In this document: positions 1-8,671 of the stretch, in pieces
How positions within the stretch are numbered: position 1 is the first letter of the stretch
Layout: the number at the start of each line of letters is the position of its first letter
Source of the DNA: an uncultured Nitrospirales bacterium
GTDB lineage: Bacteria > Nitrospirota > Nitrospiria > Nitrospirales > NS-4
DNA length: 36,653 nt
NCBI GenBank assembly: GCA_964568195.1
Contig: CAZMPH010000005.1
Coordinates: forward strand, 1-36,653
Direction: 5' to 3'
The notes under the pieces: generated by a model
The model's input: only the letters and a program-made list of their open reading frames with translations
Told to the model about the DNA's origin: nothing
Databases searched by the model: none
Position numbers and translations under genes: made by a program

Positions 1-878
1 CGCAGCACCGGTTCCAACTCGCCGTACCCTCGCAGGTACAGCTCGGCCGATTCGTACCACGCGGCGCTCAGAATCAATTGCTCCAGCCCACGGTCCCGCA
101 CGTAAACCCCCTGATAGATGACGCGCCGCACTCGCCCGCCGGAATCCCCGACGCCGTCGGAGCCGGCCGAGCCGCGCACCACCGCGAAAGGGCAATTTAT
201 CACCACGGTCGGCAAGGGCACTCCATGCCAGGTCGCCAACGTCTCGGCAATGGACTGATTCACCGTCACCACCCGGTGCGCGTAGCGGATGAGCCAATGC
301 TCGATGCCGAAGAGGATCGTGCGGAACTGCCGGGACGCCCCGGAGAACTGGCAGGAAAACAGTTCGTGTGCGTCGTAGAGCAACGGGGCTCCATGCAGAC
401 GCGAGAGAATGACGGCGGCCGGCAACGTATCGAGATCGTTCGCGTGGATCAGGCCGGCGGGATTGCGACGGGCCAACGCCACGGCCCGCCAGGTAAACCA
501 GATGATGCCGCCCAAGATCCACAATTCCCACGGCCTGATCCAGAAGGGCCGGCTCGCGGGATCGCCGGCATCGCCGGTTCTCCCGAACATCGATTTGAAG
601 AGACGCAGGCCCGGCGGACGCGGCACCCGATGGACCTCGAGGCCCTCGGGGGGACCCTGCGCGGTCGCCTCGTTCGGCGCCCGACAGATGAGCCTGACGC
701 TGAGCCCCGCGCGGCCAGCCGCCTTGATGGACCGTTTCACTCTCGGATCGTTCAGTCCCTCATTCGTGACCAGCATGAGGACGGTCCGGCCTGAAGGGTC
801 GCGCTCCGCGGATGCGCGTACCCGTTCCGCTTCGCCGCCGACGCGACAGACCGACTGCGCACAGATGGGAGCGCTCAT
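1..878 (-). CDS. Glycosyltransferase family 4 (GT-B), N-terminal part only; the gene runs off the left edge of the window
   Basis: Absent from the ORF track because no stop codon lies in the window. My translation of the minus strand from ATG 878..876 reads MSAPICAQSV...GRTVLMLVTNEGLNDPRVKRSIKAAGRAGLSVRLICRAP...GLIHANDLDTLPAAVILSRLHGAPLLYDAHELF...HRVVTVNQSIAETLATWHGVPLPTVVINCP and stays open to position 1. It has the same motif order as the GT4 at 5077..6573 (VMNDLLNDPRVQREA, GNDLPTL, LYDSHEFW, VVTVNDLIADEL, TVVMNCP). The start overlaps the upstream stop as ATGA (875..878). Confidence 0.75.
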   Translation of the reverse strand, partial: MSAPICAQSVCRVGGEAERVRASAERDPSGRTVLMLVTNEGLNDPRVKRSIKAAGRAGLSVRLICRAPNEATAQGPPEGLEVHRVPRPPGLRLFKSMFGRTGDAGDPASRPFWIRPWELWILGGIIWFTWRAVALARRNPAGLIHANDLDTLPAAVILSRLHGAPLLYDAHELFSCQFSGASRQFRTILFGIEHWLIRYAHRVVTVNQSIAETLATWHGVPLPTVVINCPFAVVRGSAGSDGVGDSGGRVRRVIYQGVYVRDRGLEQLILSAAWYESAELYLRGYGELEPVL

Positions 879-3064
879 CGGCCTCCTCCGGAAAAAGCCT
901 CCAGGCGATCCATCATCGCACCCCAGGCGGCCTCGGCTTCGCTGTAGGTCGCCCACCCACCATGGCCATCGCCGATTTCGAACACGGCATAGAACCGGAC
1001 AGGGCCGGTGCCCTGGAACGCGACATGCAGCACCGGCGCCGGCACCTTGATCCCGTAGTCCTCCGCGTACCATCCGTCGATCGGATCCGTGGCCCCCACC
1101 GCCACATGGCCGGCGACCGGAACGGCACGCCCGGTCTCCGCCTCGGCGCAAAGGAACCTGGCCCTCGCACGGACCCAACGCCCCTGGATGTCCCAGACCT
1201 GCGGATGATCGGTCGGCCGAAAGACGACGGCCGGCATCCCGTGAAAGAGCGCCTCGAACGTGTGCAGCCCCGTCCCCTCCAGATCGTCCCGGATGATCAG
1301 CCGCCGTTCGTGTCGAAGGAGCAGAAGGCTTCTCCGGTGAAGCACAGGATTGGGCAGGCGGCGGTAGCCGTCATGCGCCCCCGTGACGAAGTCCGCGGCT
1401 TCCGAAAACCGCCACCGGACGTCTCTGGGACGGGCCCGCTGGCGAAGGGCCCAGGAGGTCGTCAGGACGCTCTGATCCTGGCCGTCTATCAGGATGACGT
1501 TGTGCCCGCGGGCGCTCCGGAAGTAATCGTGCCAGGGCTTCGAGCCGGTGTAGGTATAGGAGCCTATGTCCGTCAAAAGCGTCTCGCCGCCCGCGGCGAG
1601 ACCGACCGTCAACAGATCGCTGTGGCCGTGGGTGCCGACCGACACCTCGTCAGGCCAATCGCCCATCCCGACATGTCCGCAATCGAAGAAGGCCCACAGC
1701 GCGTCGGGCCGCCACGCCTCGCGCAGGACGAAGTACCCGCCCTGAGGAAACGCAACCGACCGGGCCGGCTCGCCGGCGGGCAACTCCTTCCAGCGTTCAT
1801 ATCCTGCCGGCCCCAACCACCAGAGCGCGTCTTCGCTGTTCCCGTCCATGCCGAACTTGAGGGTCCCGTCACCGAACAGCGCCGAGCCGAGATTCAGGAG
1901 GCCGCGATGATCGTTGATCGAACGATGGGCGAACTGCCACACCCGCGCCCCGTCAGCGTCGCTGATCGGCTGGACGCGCCCGTTGGGCTGGGTCATGTGC
2001 AGGAGAAACGTCAGCATGCGCCGCAGCGTCCCACGGGTTGAGGCGCCGTAGGGAGATTCCTGCGCGCCGGCAAGGAGCCACGGCAGGAGACAGAACTCGA
2101 CGACGTAGCGGTGGTAGTTGATGGACTGCTCGTACTGGACCCCGTCCGGATAGACCTGTTTCGCCAGCTCGCCTTCGATGATCTGGATCGCCTGCGCCCG
2201 CCACGCCGCCGCCTCGCGGAACTCCGGAAACGCCAGCGCCAGGGCCGCCAGCCCCGCCGCATTGCCAAAGAGGTGATTCGATGCGCGTTCCGCAAACTCG
2301 AAGTGGATCGGGATGTACCGTGCATGCTGGTAGACCGACCGGAGAATTTTCAGCAGGCGGGCCGGCGTGAGCGCGGGACTCTCCCGTACGGCTTGCAGAG
2401 CCAACGCCCACGCAATGGCGCGCTGGGCCACGATGAGGTTCTGCGTCCAGGCCAGGCCCCAGAGGAACGGGTTCCGATCGATCCAATCCTCCATCTGTGC
2501 GAGCAACGCCTCGGCGTAGCGTTCCTCGCCGGTGAGCCAGTAGGCCTTGGCCAGATCCACGAAGTGCGCGTGCTTGTTCAGCTCCCAGGGAAGTTTGACA
2601 TCACCGATATACAGGTCGTTCTCAAAGTCGTTCGCGTAGAGCCTCGCATTGAGGTCCTGGTAGTCTCCGCCGACCCATGTGCCGCCTTGGAAGTCCGACC
2701 ACCAGTTGATCGGATCGCCGAGGAAGCGCTCGCCGCTGCCGAGCACCTCCACTACGCCCCGGCAGGCCAGGTCGGCCCGGCGCAAGGTCTCCTTGTAGGA
2801 CTCGGGGAAGCGCTCGGCGACCAGCCGCGCCAGTTCCTTGCGGTCGGCCGGCCGGAAAAGGTGCGCCGGCAGGGCGCGGGACCGGAAATGGCTCAGCAGT
2901 GCGGCCGCGTCCCGCCCGGTGGCACCCGCATCCAGCAGGGCCAGCACGTCCGTATCAGCCATCGCCGTGAGCGAACGGAGTTTTTCGCGGGTTCTCTCCT
3001 GGACGCGCACCGACGGCCCCCACCGAACCATGAGCGCACGCTTCATGCGGGTCAGCAAACGCAT
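875..3064 (-). CDS. Heparinase II/III-like family protein (polysaccharide lyase / epimerase-like fold), 729 aa
   Basis: ORF-track protein. The N-terminal alpha/alpha-toroid-type region reads WELNKHAHFVDLAKAYWLTGEERYAEALLAQMEDWIDRNPFLWGLAWTQNLIVAQRAIAWALALQAV, and the C-terminal half reads GHSDLLTVGLAAGGETLLTDIGSYTYTG...ARGHNVILIDGQDQ, which is typical of Hepar_II_III domains. The ATG at 3064 lies 1 nt after the upstream stop. Confidence 0.8.
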   Translation of the reverse strand: MRLLTRMKRALMVRWGPSVRVQERTREKLRSLTAMADTDVLALLDAGATGRDAAALLSHFRSRALPAHLFRPADRKELARLVAERFPESYKETLRRADLACRGVVEVLGSGERFLGDPINWWSDFQGGTWVGGDYQDLNARLYANDFENDLYIGDVKLPWELNKHAHFVDLAKAYWLTGEERYAEALLAQMEDWIDRNPFLWGLAWTQNLIVAQRAIAWALALQAVRESPALTPARLLKILRSVYQHARYIPIHFEFAERASNHLFGNAAGLAALALAFPEFREAAAWRAQAIQIIEGELAKQVYPDGVQYEQSINYHRYVVEFCLLPWLLAGAQESPYGASTRGTLRRMLTFLLHMTQPNGRVQPISDADGARVWQFAHRSINDHRGLLNLGSALFGDGTLKFGMDGNSEDALWWLGPAGYERWKELPAGEPARSVAFPQGGYFVLREAWRPDALWAFFDCGHVGMGDWPDEVSVGTHGHSDLLTVGLAAGGETLLTDIGSYTYTGSKPWHDYFRSARGHNVILIDGQDQSVLTTSWALRQRARPRDVRWRFSEAADFVTGAHDGYRRLPNPVLHRRSLLLLRHERRLIIRDDLEGTGLHTFEALFHGMPAVVFRPTDHPQVWDIQGRWVRARARFLCAEAETGRAVPVAGHVAVGATDPIDGWYAEDYGIKVPAPVLHVAFQGTGPVRFYAVFEIGDGHGGWATYSEAEAAWGAMMDRLEAFSGGGR

Positions 3065-3065
3065 G

Positions 3066-4211
3066 TCACAGGATTCCGCAGCAGCGGGAGCAGGCCGGAT
3101 ACGTCCCGTGGGTGATGAGATTCTTGCGGAACTCCTGGTAGCTCGGACCGTTCCAGATGTCCTTGAAGCTCTGCTGGTTGATGTTGCCGAAGCTGGTATG
3201 GAAACAGCGCGTCATCACCACGCAGTCCCCGTTGGCGATGATCTCCGCCGCTCGCCAGGGCACGTAGCAGCGGTCTCCATGGACGAAGACTTCCGGATGG
3301 AAGTAGAAGTCTTCCAATCCCTTCCGGTCGAGGTCCGGACCGAACATGGCGCGCCCGGAATAGCGCGTCTTCACGCGATTGATCTGGTCCCAGAACACGT
3401 TCACGTCCACCTTCGTCGGGTCCGCGTTTGAAACGCTGCTCACCGTCGTGGGATAGAGGTGGCCGAAGCGGGCGTTGTGGACTTCCGCCATCCCTGCCGT
3501 CACGTAGTTCATGTGGGAAAAGGTGATCTGGTCGACCGGCAACGCGTGCACGGCGTCCATGAAGCGCTCCAGGCAATGGAAGTTATAGTTGGAGAACGCG
3601 TAATTGATGCCCATCTTGGGAAACTCGCGCCCGAGCCGGCGCTTCCACTCGTCCACGGCAAGAATGCCGGCGACGGACTTCTGGAAGGAGTCCTTGACCC
3701 CGCGGATGTCGTTGTGGATCTCCGGCGGGCCGTCGATCGAGACCCAGAGATGCTGGACTCCGACCCGCACGAGACTCTCCGCATGCTTCTCCAGCTGAAG
3801 CCCCGCCGTCGTCACCAGCATGGGCAGCCCGTTGCTGACAACGTAGTCGCACAAGGAAATGATGTCCTTGTAGAGCAACGGCTCGGTGGAGGTTGCCGCG
3901 ATCATCGGCTTGAAGTCCTTGACTTCATCCACCAGCGCTTTCAACCGCTCCAGCGAGAGCCGGTCGCGCGGCTGCTCCTTCGACAGGCTCATGATCTTGT
4001 AGAACTGGGTGTCGTACTGTTCCATGCCCACATCGCACATCTTGCAGGCGAACCCGCAGCGCGTGTTCACGGCCAGATAAATCGTGGCCGGAAAGGGCGC
4101 AACGGTCCGCCGGAAGACTTGGGTCTCCTTGTACCGCTGGACCGCCCCGCTCAATTTTTGCTGAACGCGCCCCGTCAGCCCCCGCATCTTCCTTGTCAGC
4201 AATGCCATCAT
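3066..4211 (-). CDS. Radical SAM enzyme with a C-terminal SPASM/twitch-like cysteine cluster, 381 aa
   Basis: CX3CX2C motif in AVNTRCGFACKMCDVG. C-terminal cysteines in GDRCYVPW...NGDCVVMTRCFHTSFGNI...YPACSRCCGIL. A purine-rich SD (GGAAGGAAAGAG) lies just upstream of the ATG pair at 4211/4208. Confidence 0.8.
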   Translation of the reverse strand: MMALLTRKMRGLTGRVQQKLSGAVQRYKETQVFRRTVAPFPATIYLAVNTRCGFACKMCDVGMEQYDTQFYKIMSLSKEQPRDRLSLERLKALVDEVKDFKPMIAATSTEPLLYKDIISLCDYVVSNGLPMLVTTAGLQLEKHAESLVRVGVQHLWVSIDGPPEIHNDIRGVKDSFQKSVAGILAVDEWKRRLGREFPKMGINYAFSNYNFHCLERFMDAVHALPVDQITFSHMNYVTAGMAEVHNARFGHLYPTTVSSVSNADPTKVDVNVFWDQINRVKTRYSGRAMFGPDLDRKGLEDFYFHPEVFVHGDRCYVPWRAAEIIANGDCVVMTRCFHTSFGNINQQSFKDIWNGPSYQEFRKNLITHGTYPACSRCCGIL

Positions 4212-4235
4212 GGCTCTTTCCTTCCAGTCATCCCG

Positions 4236-5072
4236 CTACTTGGTTGCGGTAATGTACAGATCCACGCCCGCGACCCGCGCGAGATTATTGAGGAGTTTCT
4301 CCCGCGGCACCACCACCCGGCCTCCGGGCAGCACCAGCGGATCGCAGTTCTGGCTTTCGATGCGGACCGCCCGGAAGTCCCGGAACAGCCGGCGCACCTG
4401 GGCTCGCGAGACGTAATCCGTGTGCGGCGCCGCGTCGCCTTTCGCGTTCTTGTCGTAAAAGGCCCGCACCCACCGCGAACGGTCCGACGCGCCATCGTGT
4501 GACCGGAAGCGCTCCCGGATCAGGTTGCGCAGGCGCAGCAGCGGCAAGTGCACCAGCCGGCGGAAGGAATGGTGATGGTACAGCATGATGATGGCCTTCC
4601 CGCCTTCCTTGAGGACCCGGTGGACTTCCGTGATCCCACGCCCGAGGTCGCCGGTGTGATGGAGGCACCCGATCGAATACACGAAATCAAAGGAACGGTC
4701 CTTGTACGGGATCTCCAAAGCCGACCCGACCTGAACCCGGTCGCCGCCCTCCAGCCCCAGAAGCGACAAGCGAAAGCGCATCATAGCGACGGGATTCACG
4801 GCGATGTCCAGCCCGTGGTAGCAACACCCTTGCAACGCGAGCACCTGACCGAGCGTACCGTAGCCCAAGCCGATCTCCAGTGCCCGTTTGCCTTGCAAGT
4901 CTTGGGCGAAGACGTATTTCCCGAGATAGGGATAGAAGCGCAGGTACGCCTCGTCGAAGCGGCGCAGATTCTCCGGCGACGGCTCCGTGATGCCGAGCGA
5001 GCGGGCCAACCCCGTGCCGCACAATTCATTCCAGAACGCGGCGTTCTTTCTGTTCAGGGTGACGGTCGGCAT
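4236..5072 (-). CDS. Class I SAM-dependent methyltransferase (Methyltransf_11-like)
   Basis: Motif I in ALEIGLGYGTLGQVLALQG, then LDIAVNP, SFDFVYSIGCLHHTGD and LKEGGKAIIMLY. The ORF track starts at 5129. I use the internal ATG at 5072 (MPTVTLNRKNAAFWNELCG) because it lies 4 nt after the upstream GT4 stop (5077), whereas the longer form would overlap that gene by 53 nt. Confidence 0.8.
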   Translation of the reverse strand: MPTVTLNRKNAAFWNELCGTGLARSLGITEPSPENLRRFDEAYLRFYPYLGKYVFAQDLQGKRALEIGLGYGTLGQVLALQGCCYHGLDIAVNPVAMMRFRLSLLGLEGGDRVQVGSALEIPYKDRSFDFVYSIGCLHHTGDLGRGITEVHRVLKEGGKAIIMLYHHHSFRRLVHLPLLRLRNLIRERFRSHDGASDRSRWVRAFYDKNAKGDAAPHTDYVSRAQVRRLFRDFRAVRIESQNCDPLVLPGGRVVVPREKLLNNLARVAGVDLYITATK

Positions 5073-5076
5073 GGGG

Positions 5077-6573
5077 TTACCCGCTCCCGCGGCTGGTGTT
5101 CGCCGCCGCCAAGGTCTTGTAGAGCTCAATCAGCTTGCCCCCTTCATGGTCCCAGTGGTACCGCTCGCGTCCCGCGCGGGTCGCACTCGCGCGGCAGGCA
5201 CGGAGCCGATCCGGGTTGCCGACCAGCGCGTTCAATTGCTCAGCGATCTGTCTGGGATCGGAGGGATCGAAGACGACCCCCAAGTCGTGATCCCGCACTA
5301 GCTTCTCCAAAAACGGCAGGTTGCTCACGGCGATCGCCAGGCCGGCGAGTATGTATTCGAACAACTTGTTGGGAGAGGCGTAGTAATAGCCGGGAGAATA
5401 GGCCGTGTAGGGCACGACTCCCACGTCCGCCTCCGAGGCAGCGCTCACGAGGTCGGCCATCGGAACCGGTCCCACCATGAACACGCGCCCCGGCACCCCG
5501 AGGCCGGCCACGCGGTCGCGCAGGTCGTTCTCGTTGGACCCGTACCCACGCAGGACGATGACACCCCGCGAGAGATACCGGCCGCTCTCGATCAATTCCT
5601 CCAGTCCCCGGCCCGGCTCGTAGCGTCCTTGATACAGGATGATCGGCGTCTCCGGGGACAGGCCCAGTGTGGCGCGGATCGAATGGGCCGGGTCCACCGG
5701 CCGCGGCACGACCGGTTCCGGGCAGTTCATCACCACCGTCGGTTGGGGAACCTGATAGTGCCGGCGCAACTCGTCTGCAATGAGATCGTTGACCGTCACG
5801 ACGGCGTCCATGCGGCGGATGTAGCGGGCCTCCACCCAGCGCGACACGCCGTCGAAAAACGCCGTGTTTTCGGGATTCATGCCGACCCAGAACTCGTGCG
5901 AATCGTAGAGCGCCTTCCCGCCGTGGAGGCGCGCCGCCCAGGTCGTCAAGGGGAGTGTGGGGAGGTCGTTCCCGTGAAACACCGCGGCCCGCTCGGACCG
6001 CGACGCCCACAGCATGGCCACCGTGATCCAGAACGTGTCGCGGATGAACCCGACCTCGCCGATATAGCGGCGCAGCCGCGCCCAACGGTCTGCACCATCT
6101 GTGGACCCTTCCGGCGAAGCGCCGGCCTGCGGCGCGCTCGCACACCGACTCAGGACGGGTCGCAACACCCGGAGCGGCAGGAGCAGGACCCCCACCCCTC
6201 GCATGAGCGCCCACTTGATCCGGCGGAAGATGCTCGGCTTCGTGGGATCCTGGCCCGGCGCTTTCGGCCCGGGGGGAAAGCCCACGGCCAGCTTGAACCC
6301 CTCCGTCAGCACCAGTGCCGCCAGCGATCCGAGCCACAGCAGCCTGAGCACCAGAAACCGGAGGATGGACCGGTGATACCGGACCCGCACGACCTCATAG
6401 CCGTCCACCGCCTCCCGCTTGATCCGACACCGGTCGCTCTGCATGGCGACCACCGTCACCCGAAGCCCTGCCTTCACCGCCAGCCGGGCCTCCCGCTGGA
6501 CACGCGGATCGTTGAGAAGGTCGTTCATCACGAACATCACGACGCGCGTGGGACAGCTACCGGCTTGCGTCAT
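5077..6573 (-). CDS. Glycosyltransferase family 4 with a hydrophobic insertion in the N-terminal Rossmann domain
   Basis: The C-terminal half has GT4 hallmarks: ILYQGRYEPGRGLEELIES, VGPVPMADL, VGVVPY and SPNKLFEYILAGLAIAVSNL (E-x7-E region). The track ORF starts at 6888. The internal ATG at 6573 (MTQAGSCPTRVVMFVMNDLLNDPRVQ) forms an ATGA overlap with the Wzt stop (6570..6573), and the 5' extension would lie entirely inside the Wzt coding region. Confidence 0.8.
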   Translation of the reverse strand: MTQAGSCPTRVVMFVMNDLLNDPRVQREARLAVKAGLRVTVVAMQSDRCRIKREAVDGYEVVRVRYHRSILRFLVLRLLWLGSLAALVLTEGFKLAVGFPPGPKAPGQDPTKPSIFRRIKWALMRGVGVLLLPLRVLRPVLSRCASAPQAGASPEGSTDGADRWARLRRYIGEVGFIRDTFWITVAMLWASRSERAAVFHGNDLPTLPLTTWAARLHGGKALYDSHEFWVGMNPENTAFFDGVSRWVEARYIRRMDAVVTVNDLIADELRRHYQVPQPTVVMNCPEPVVPRPVDPAHSIRATLGLSPETPIILYQGRYEPGRGLEELIESGRYLSRGVIVLRGYGSNENDLRDRVAGLGVPGRVFMVGPVPMADLVSAASEADVGVVPYTAYSPGYYYASPNKLFEYILAGLAIAVSNLPFLEKLVRDHDLGVVFDPSDPRQIAEQLNALVGNPDRLRACRASATRAGRERYHWDHEGGKLIELYKTLAAANTSRGSG

Positions 6574-7874
6574 CGCTTCTGCTCCGCAGCGGCCCCGGGC
6601 GTCTTTTCCTCTAAACCAGCGAAGGCCCGCCAGCGCACAGGATGCCGGATGACTCCCAACTCCAGCGCCACGCCGGCCAGTCTGCGGACCAGGAAGGTCT
6701 GCGGCTTGTGCCAGATCGCCGCGTGCTGGACGCTGTGGGTGTCGGCTAAGTCCAGCAAGGGATAAACCCCCACCGACACCGTATACTCCCCGGGACCGAA
6801 CATCAGCTGGTCGAACGCGACTTCGATGGTCCCCTGGCCTTCGGCCAGCTCCAGGCGCGCCCCGTCCATGGATGAAATCGCATTGCACACCGCCACGCCA
6901 TCGGTCCGGTACACCGTCACCGAGACGACGGCCTGCGGCAACGCCACCCGCGAGTGATAGCGGACGCGAACGATCATGAGCTCGCCGACCGAAAATACGC
7001 GGGAGAGTTCGCCCGTCGCCTTCACAAACTCGACGCCGTCCACGCCAACGGCCTCGCTTCGCCTGAGCGCTCGGGCCGGCGCCAAGTCCGCTCCCGACAC
7101 CGACACGCCGACCTCGGCAGCCCGATCCCGCTCTTCATAGATTGACTGGTTATACACCGTGATCACTTCCAGTGGCGACCCATCCGCAACAATGACTCCC
7201 TGGTCGATCCACAAACAGCGTGAGCAGAGCCTCAGGACCGTGGCATGGTCATGCGAGACCAGCACGGTGGTCCGTCCTTCCTCCTGAAACCGGCGAAAAC
7301 GCTGGAGGCACTTGCCGAAGAAATAGGCGTCGCCCACACCCAGTACCTCGTCGATCACTTGGATGTCGGCCGGCACGCTGGTGGCCACGGAGAACGCCAG
7401 ACGCATGTGCATCCCGACCGAGTAGGTCCGGACCGGCTGGTGCAGGAACGATCCCAGTTCCGCGAAGTCCACAATCTGGTCGTACAGCGCCTCGACCGCC
7501 GTGCGATCGAGTCCCAGGTACAGCCCGCTGGCGTAGATGTTCTCGTGCCCCGTCAGATCCGGATGGAATCCCGTGCCCAGTTCCAGCAGCGCAGAAGTCC
7601 GGCCGTTCAACGTCACCTCGCCGCGTGTAGGCGCGCTGACCCCCGAGAGCACTTTGAGCAGCGTGCTCTTCCCCGCGCCATTGCGGCCAATGATGCCCAC
7701 GGTGCTCCCTCGGGCGATGTCGAATGACACATCCTGCAGCGCCCAAAACTCTTCGAAGTACCGATCGGCCTTGCCGAGCCGAAGCCCTAGAAAGTCCAGC
7801 AGCCGGAAGGGTCGACTCCGGTACAGCTTGTACATCTTGGAGATGTCCCGGACTGAAATCGCCGTATTACCCAT
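6570..7874 (-). CDS. wzt: Polysaccharide/O-antigen ABC exporter ATP-binding protein (Wzt/TagH-like) with a C-terminal extension of about 170 aa
   Basis: Walker A in GRNGAGKSTLLKVLSG, signature in YSVGMHMRLAFS, Walker B in IQVIDEVLGVGD, and H-loop in VLVSHD. The NBD is followed by a beta-rich tail (GVEFVKATGE...MIVRVRYHS...VSVTVYRTDGVAVCN...EYTVSVGVYP) that resembles the Wzt C-terminal glycan-binding domain. The track start at 7886 is a GTG (GTGA overlap with wzm). I prefer ATG 7874, which is preceded by AAGGA at a 5-nt spacing; the start is uncertain by 12 nt. Confidence 0.85.
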   Translation of the reverse strand: MGNTAISVRDISKMYKLYRSRPFRLLDFLGLRLGKADRYFEEFWALQDVSFDIARGSTVGIIGRNGAGKSTLLKVLSGVSAPTRGEVTLNGRTSALLELGTGFHPDLTGHENIYASGLYLGLDRTAVEALYDQIVDFAELGSFLHQPVRTYSVGMHMRLAFSVATSVPADIQVIDEVLGVGDAYFFGKCLQRFRRFQEEGRTTVLVSHDHATVLRLCSRCLWIDQGVIVADGSPLEVITVYNQSIYEERDRAAEVGVSVSGADLAPARALRRSEAVGVDGVEFVKATGELSRVFSVGELMIVRVRYHSRVALPQAVVSVTVYRTDGVAVCNAISSMDGARLELAEGQGTIEVAFDQLMFGPGEYTVSVGVYPLLDLADTHSVQHAAIWHKPQTFLVRRLAGVALELGVIRHPVRWRAFAGLEEKTPGAAAEQKR

Positions 7875-7882
7875 GCTGTCCT

Positions 7883-8671
7883 TCACACAAAATCCGGCAG
7901 CTCGCGACGGAGGCGCATGAAGTGCCGGTAACCGGTCAACAACGTCACGAATGCCAGCCCGGCAAACGTGACCAGTCCCGCAACACTCGGCAACCGGTTG
8001 AACATCAACGCTCCGCGATACCCTTCAATCAGATAGGACAGGGGATTCAGCTTGACCACCAGCTCAAGCCCCCCAGGAACCATCTCCTGCGTGTACGCGA
8101 TGGGGGAGAGAAACATCAGCAGGACGATCAGAAGCCCGATCACCTGGGAGGTATCGCGGTAGACGATATTGACGCACGACAGGAACCAGACGACCCCGAT
8201 CGTGAAGAGCGCTTGGAGAATCACGAGCAACGGAAGGAGTAACAGAGTGAGGCCCAAGGCTCCTCGGAAACCGAGCACGAGCAGCAACACCACGATCCCG
8301 CACACTTGTACCAACAGCCCCGCACAGACTGCCGTGACCGGGATCAGCTCCATCGGGAATACCGTGCTCTTCATGAGATTGCGCTGAGCAAGCACCGATC
8401 CGGTGCCTCGCATCACGCCTTCTGAGAATCCAAGCCACGGCAGGAGACCGCAGGCCATCAGCAGGGCGTAGTCCAAGCTCGACAGGGCGAGGTCCGGTCG
8501 CACGCCCAGAATCTTCCCGAATAAAAGCAAATACGCGCCCAGGACCAACAGCGGCGACAACAGCGTCCACAGTAAACCGAGCCGCGAGCCCGCGTATCGG
8601 ACCTGGAAATCCAGCACTGTGAGTCTCCAGACCAAGTGCCGGTGCCGGAAGAGCATGCGCAAGCAGTTCAT
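7883..8671 (-). CDS. wzm: ABC-2 type polysaccharide exporter permease (Wzm/TagG-like)
   Basis: Six predicted hydrophobic spans and a typical N-terminus (LFRHRHLVWRLTVLDFQVRYAGSRLGLLWTLLSPLL). It lies immediately upstream of the ATPase. The track start at 8689 is a TTG. ATG 8671 (MNCLRMLF) forms an ATGA overlap with the wecB stop (8668..8671). Confidence 0.8.
   Translation of the reverse strand: MNCLRMLFRHRHLVWRLTVLDFQVRYAGSRLGLLWTLLSPLLVLGAYLLLFGKILGVRPDLALSSLDYALLMACGLLPWLGFSEGVMRGTGSVLAQRNLMKSTVFPMELIPVTAVCAGLLVQVCGIVVLLLVLGFRGALGLTLLLLPLLVILQALFTIGVVWFLSCVNIVYRDTSQVIGLLIVLLMFLSPIAYTQEMVPGGLELVVKLNPLSYLIEGYRGALMFNRLPSVAGLVTFAGLAFVTLLTGYRHFMRLRRELPDFV

Noticed and set aside
78-3115. Plus-strand ORFs 78..794, 409..1050, 812..2041 and 2111..3115.
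   Set aside because: All are antisense to the GT4 and heparinase II/III-like genes. All have Arg/Pro/Gly-biased composition and lack motifs. The minus-strand frames carry clear family signatures.
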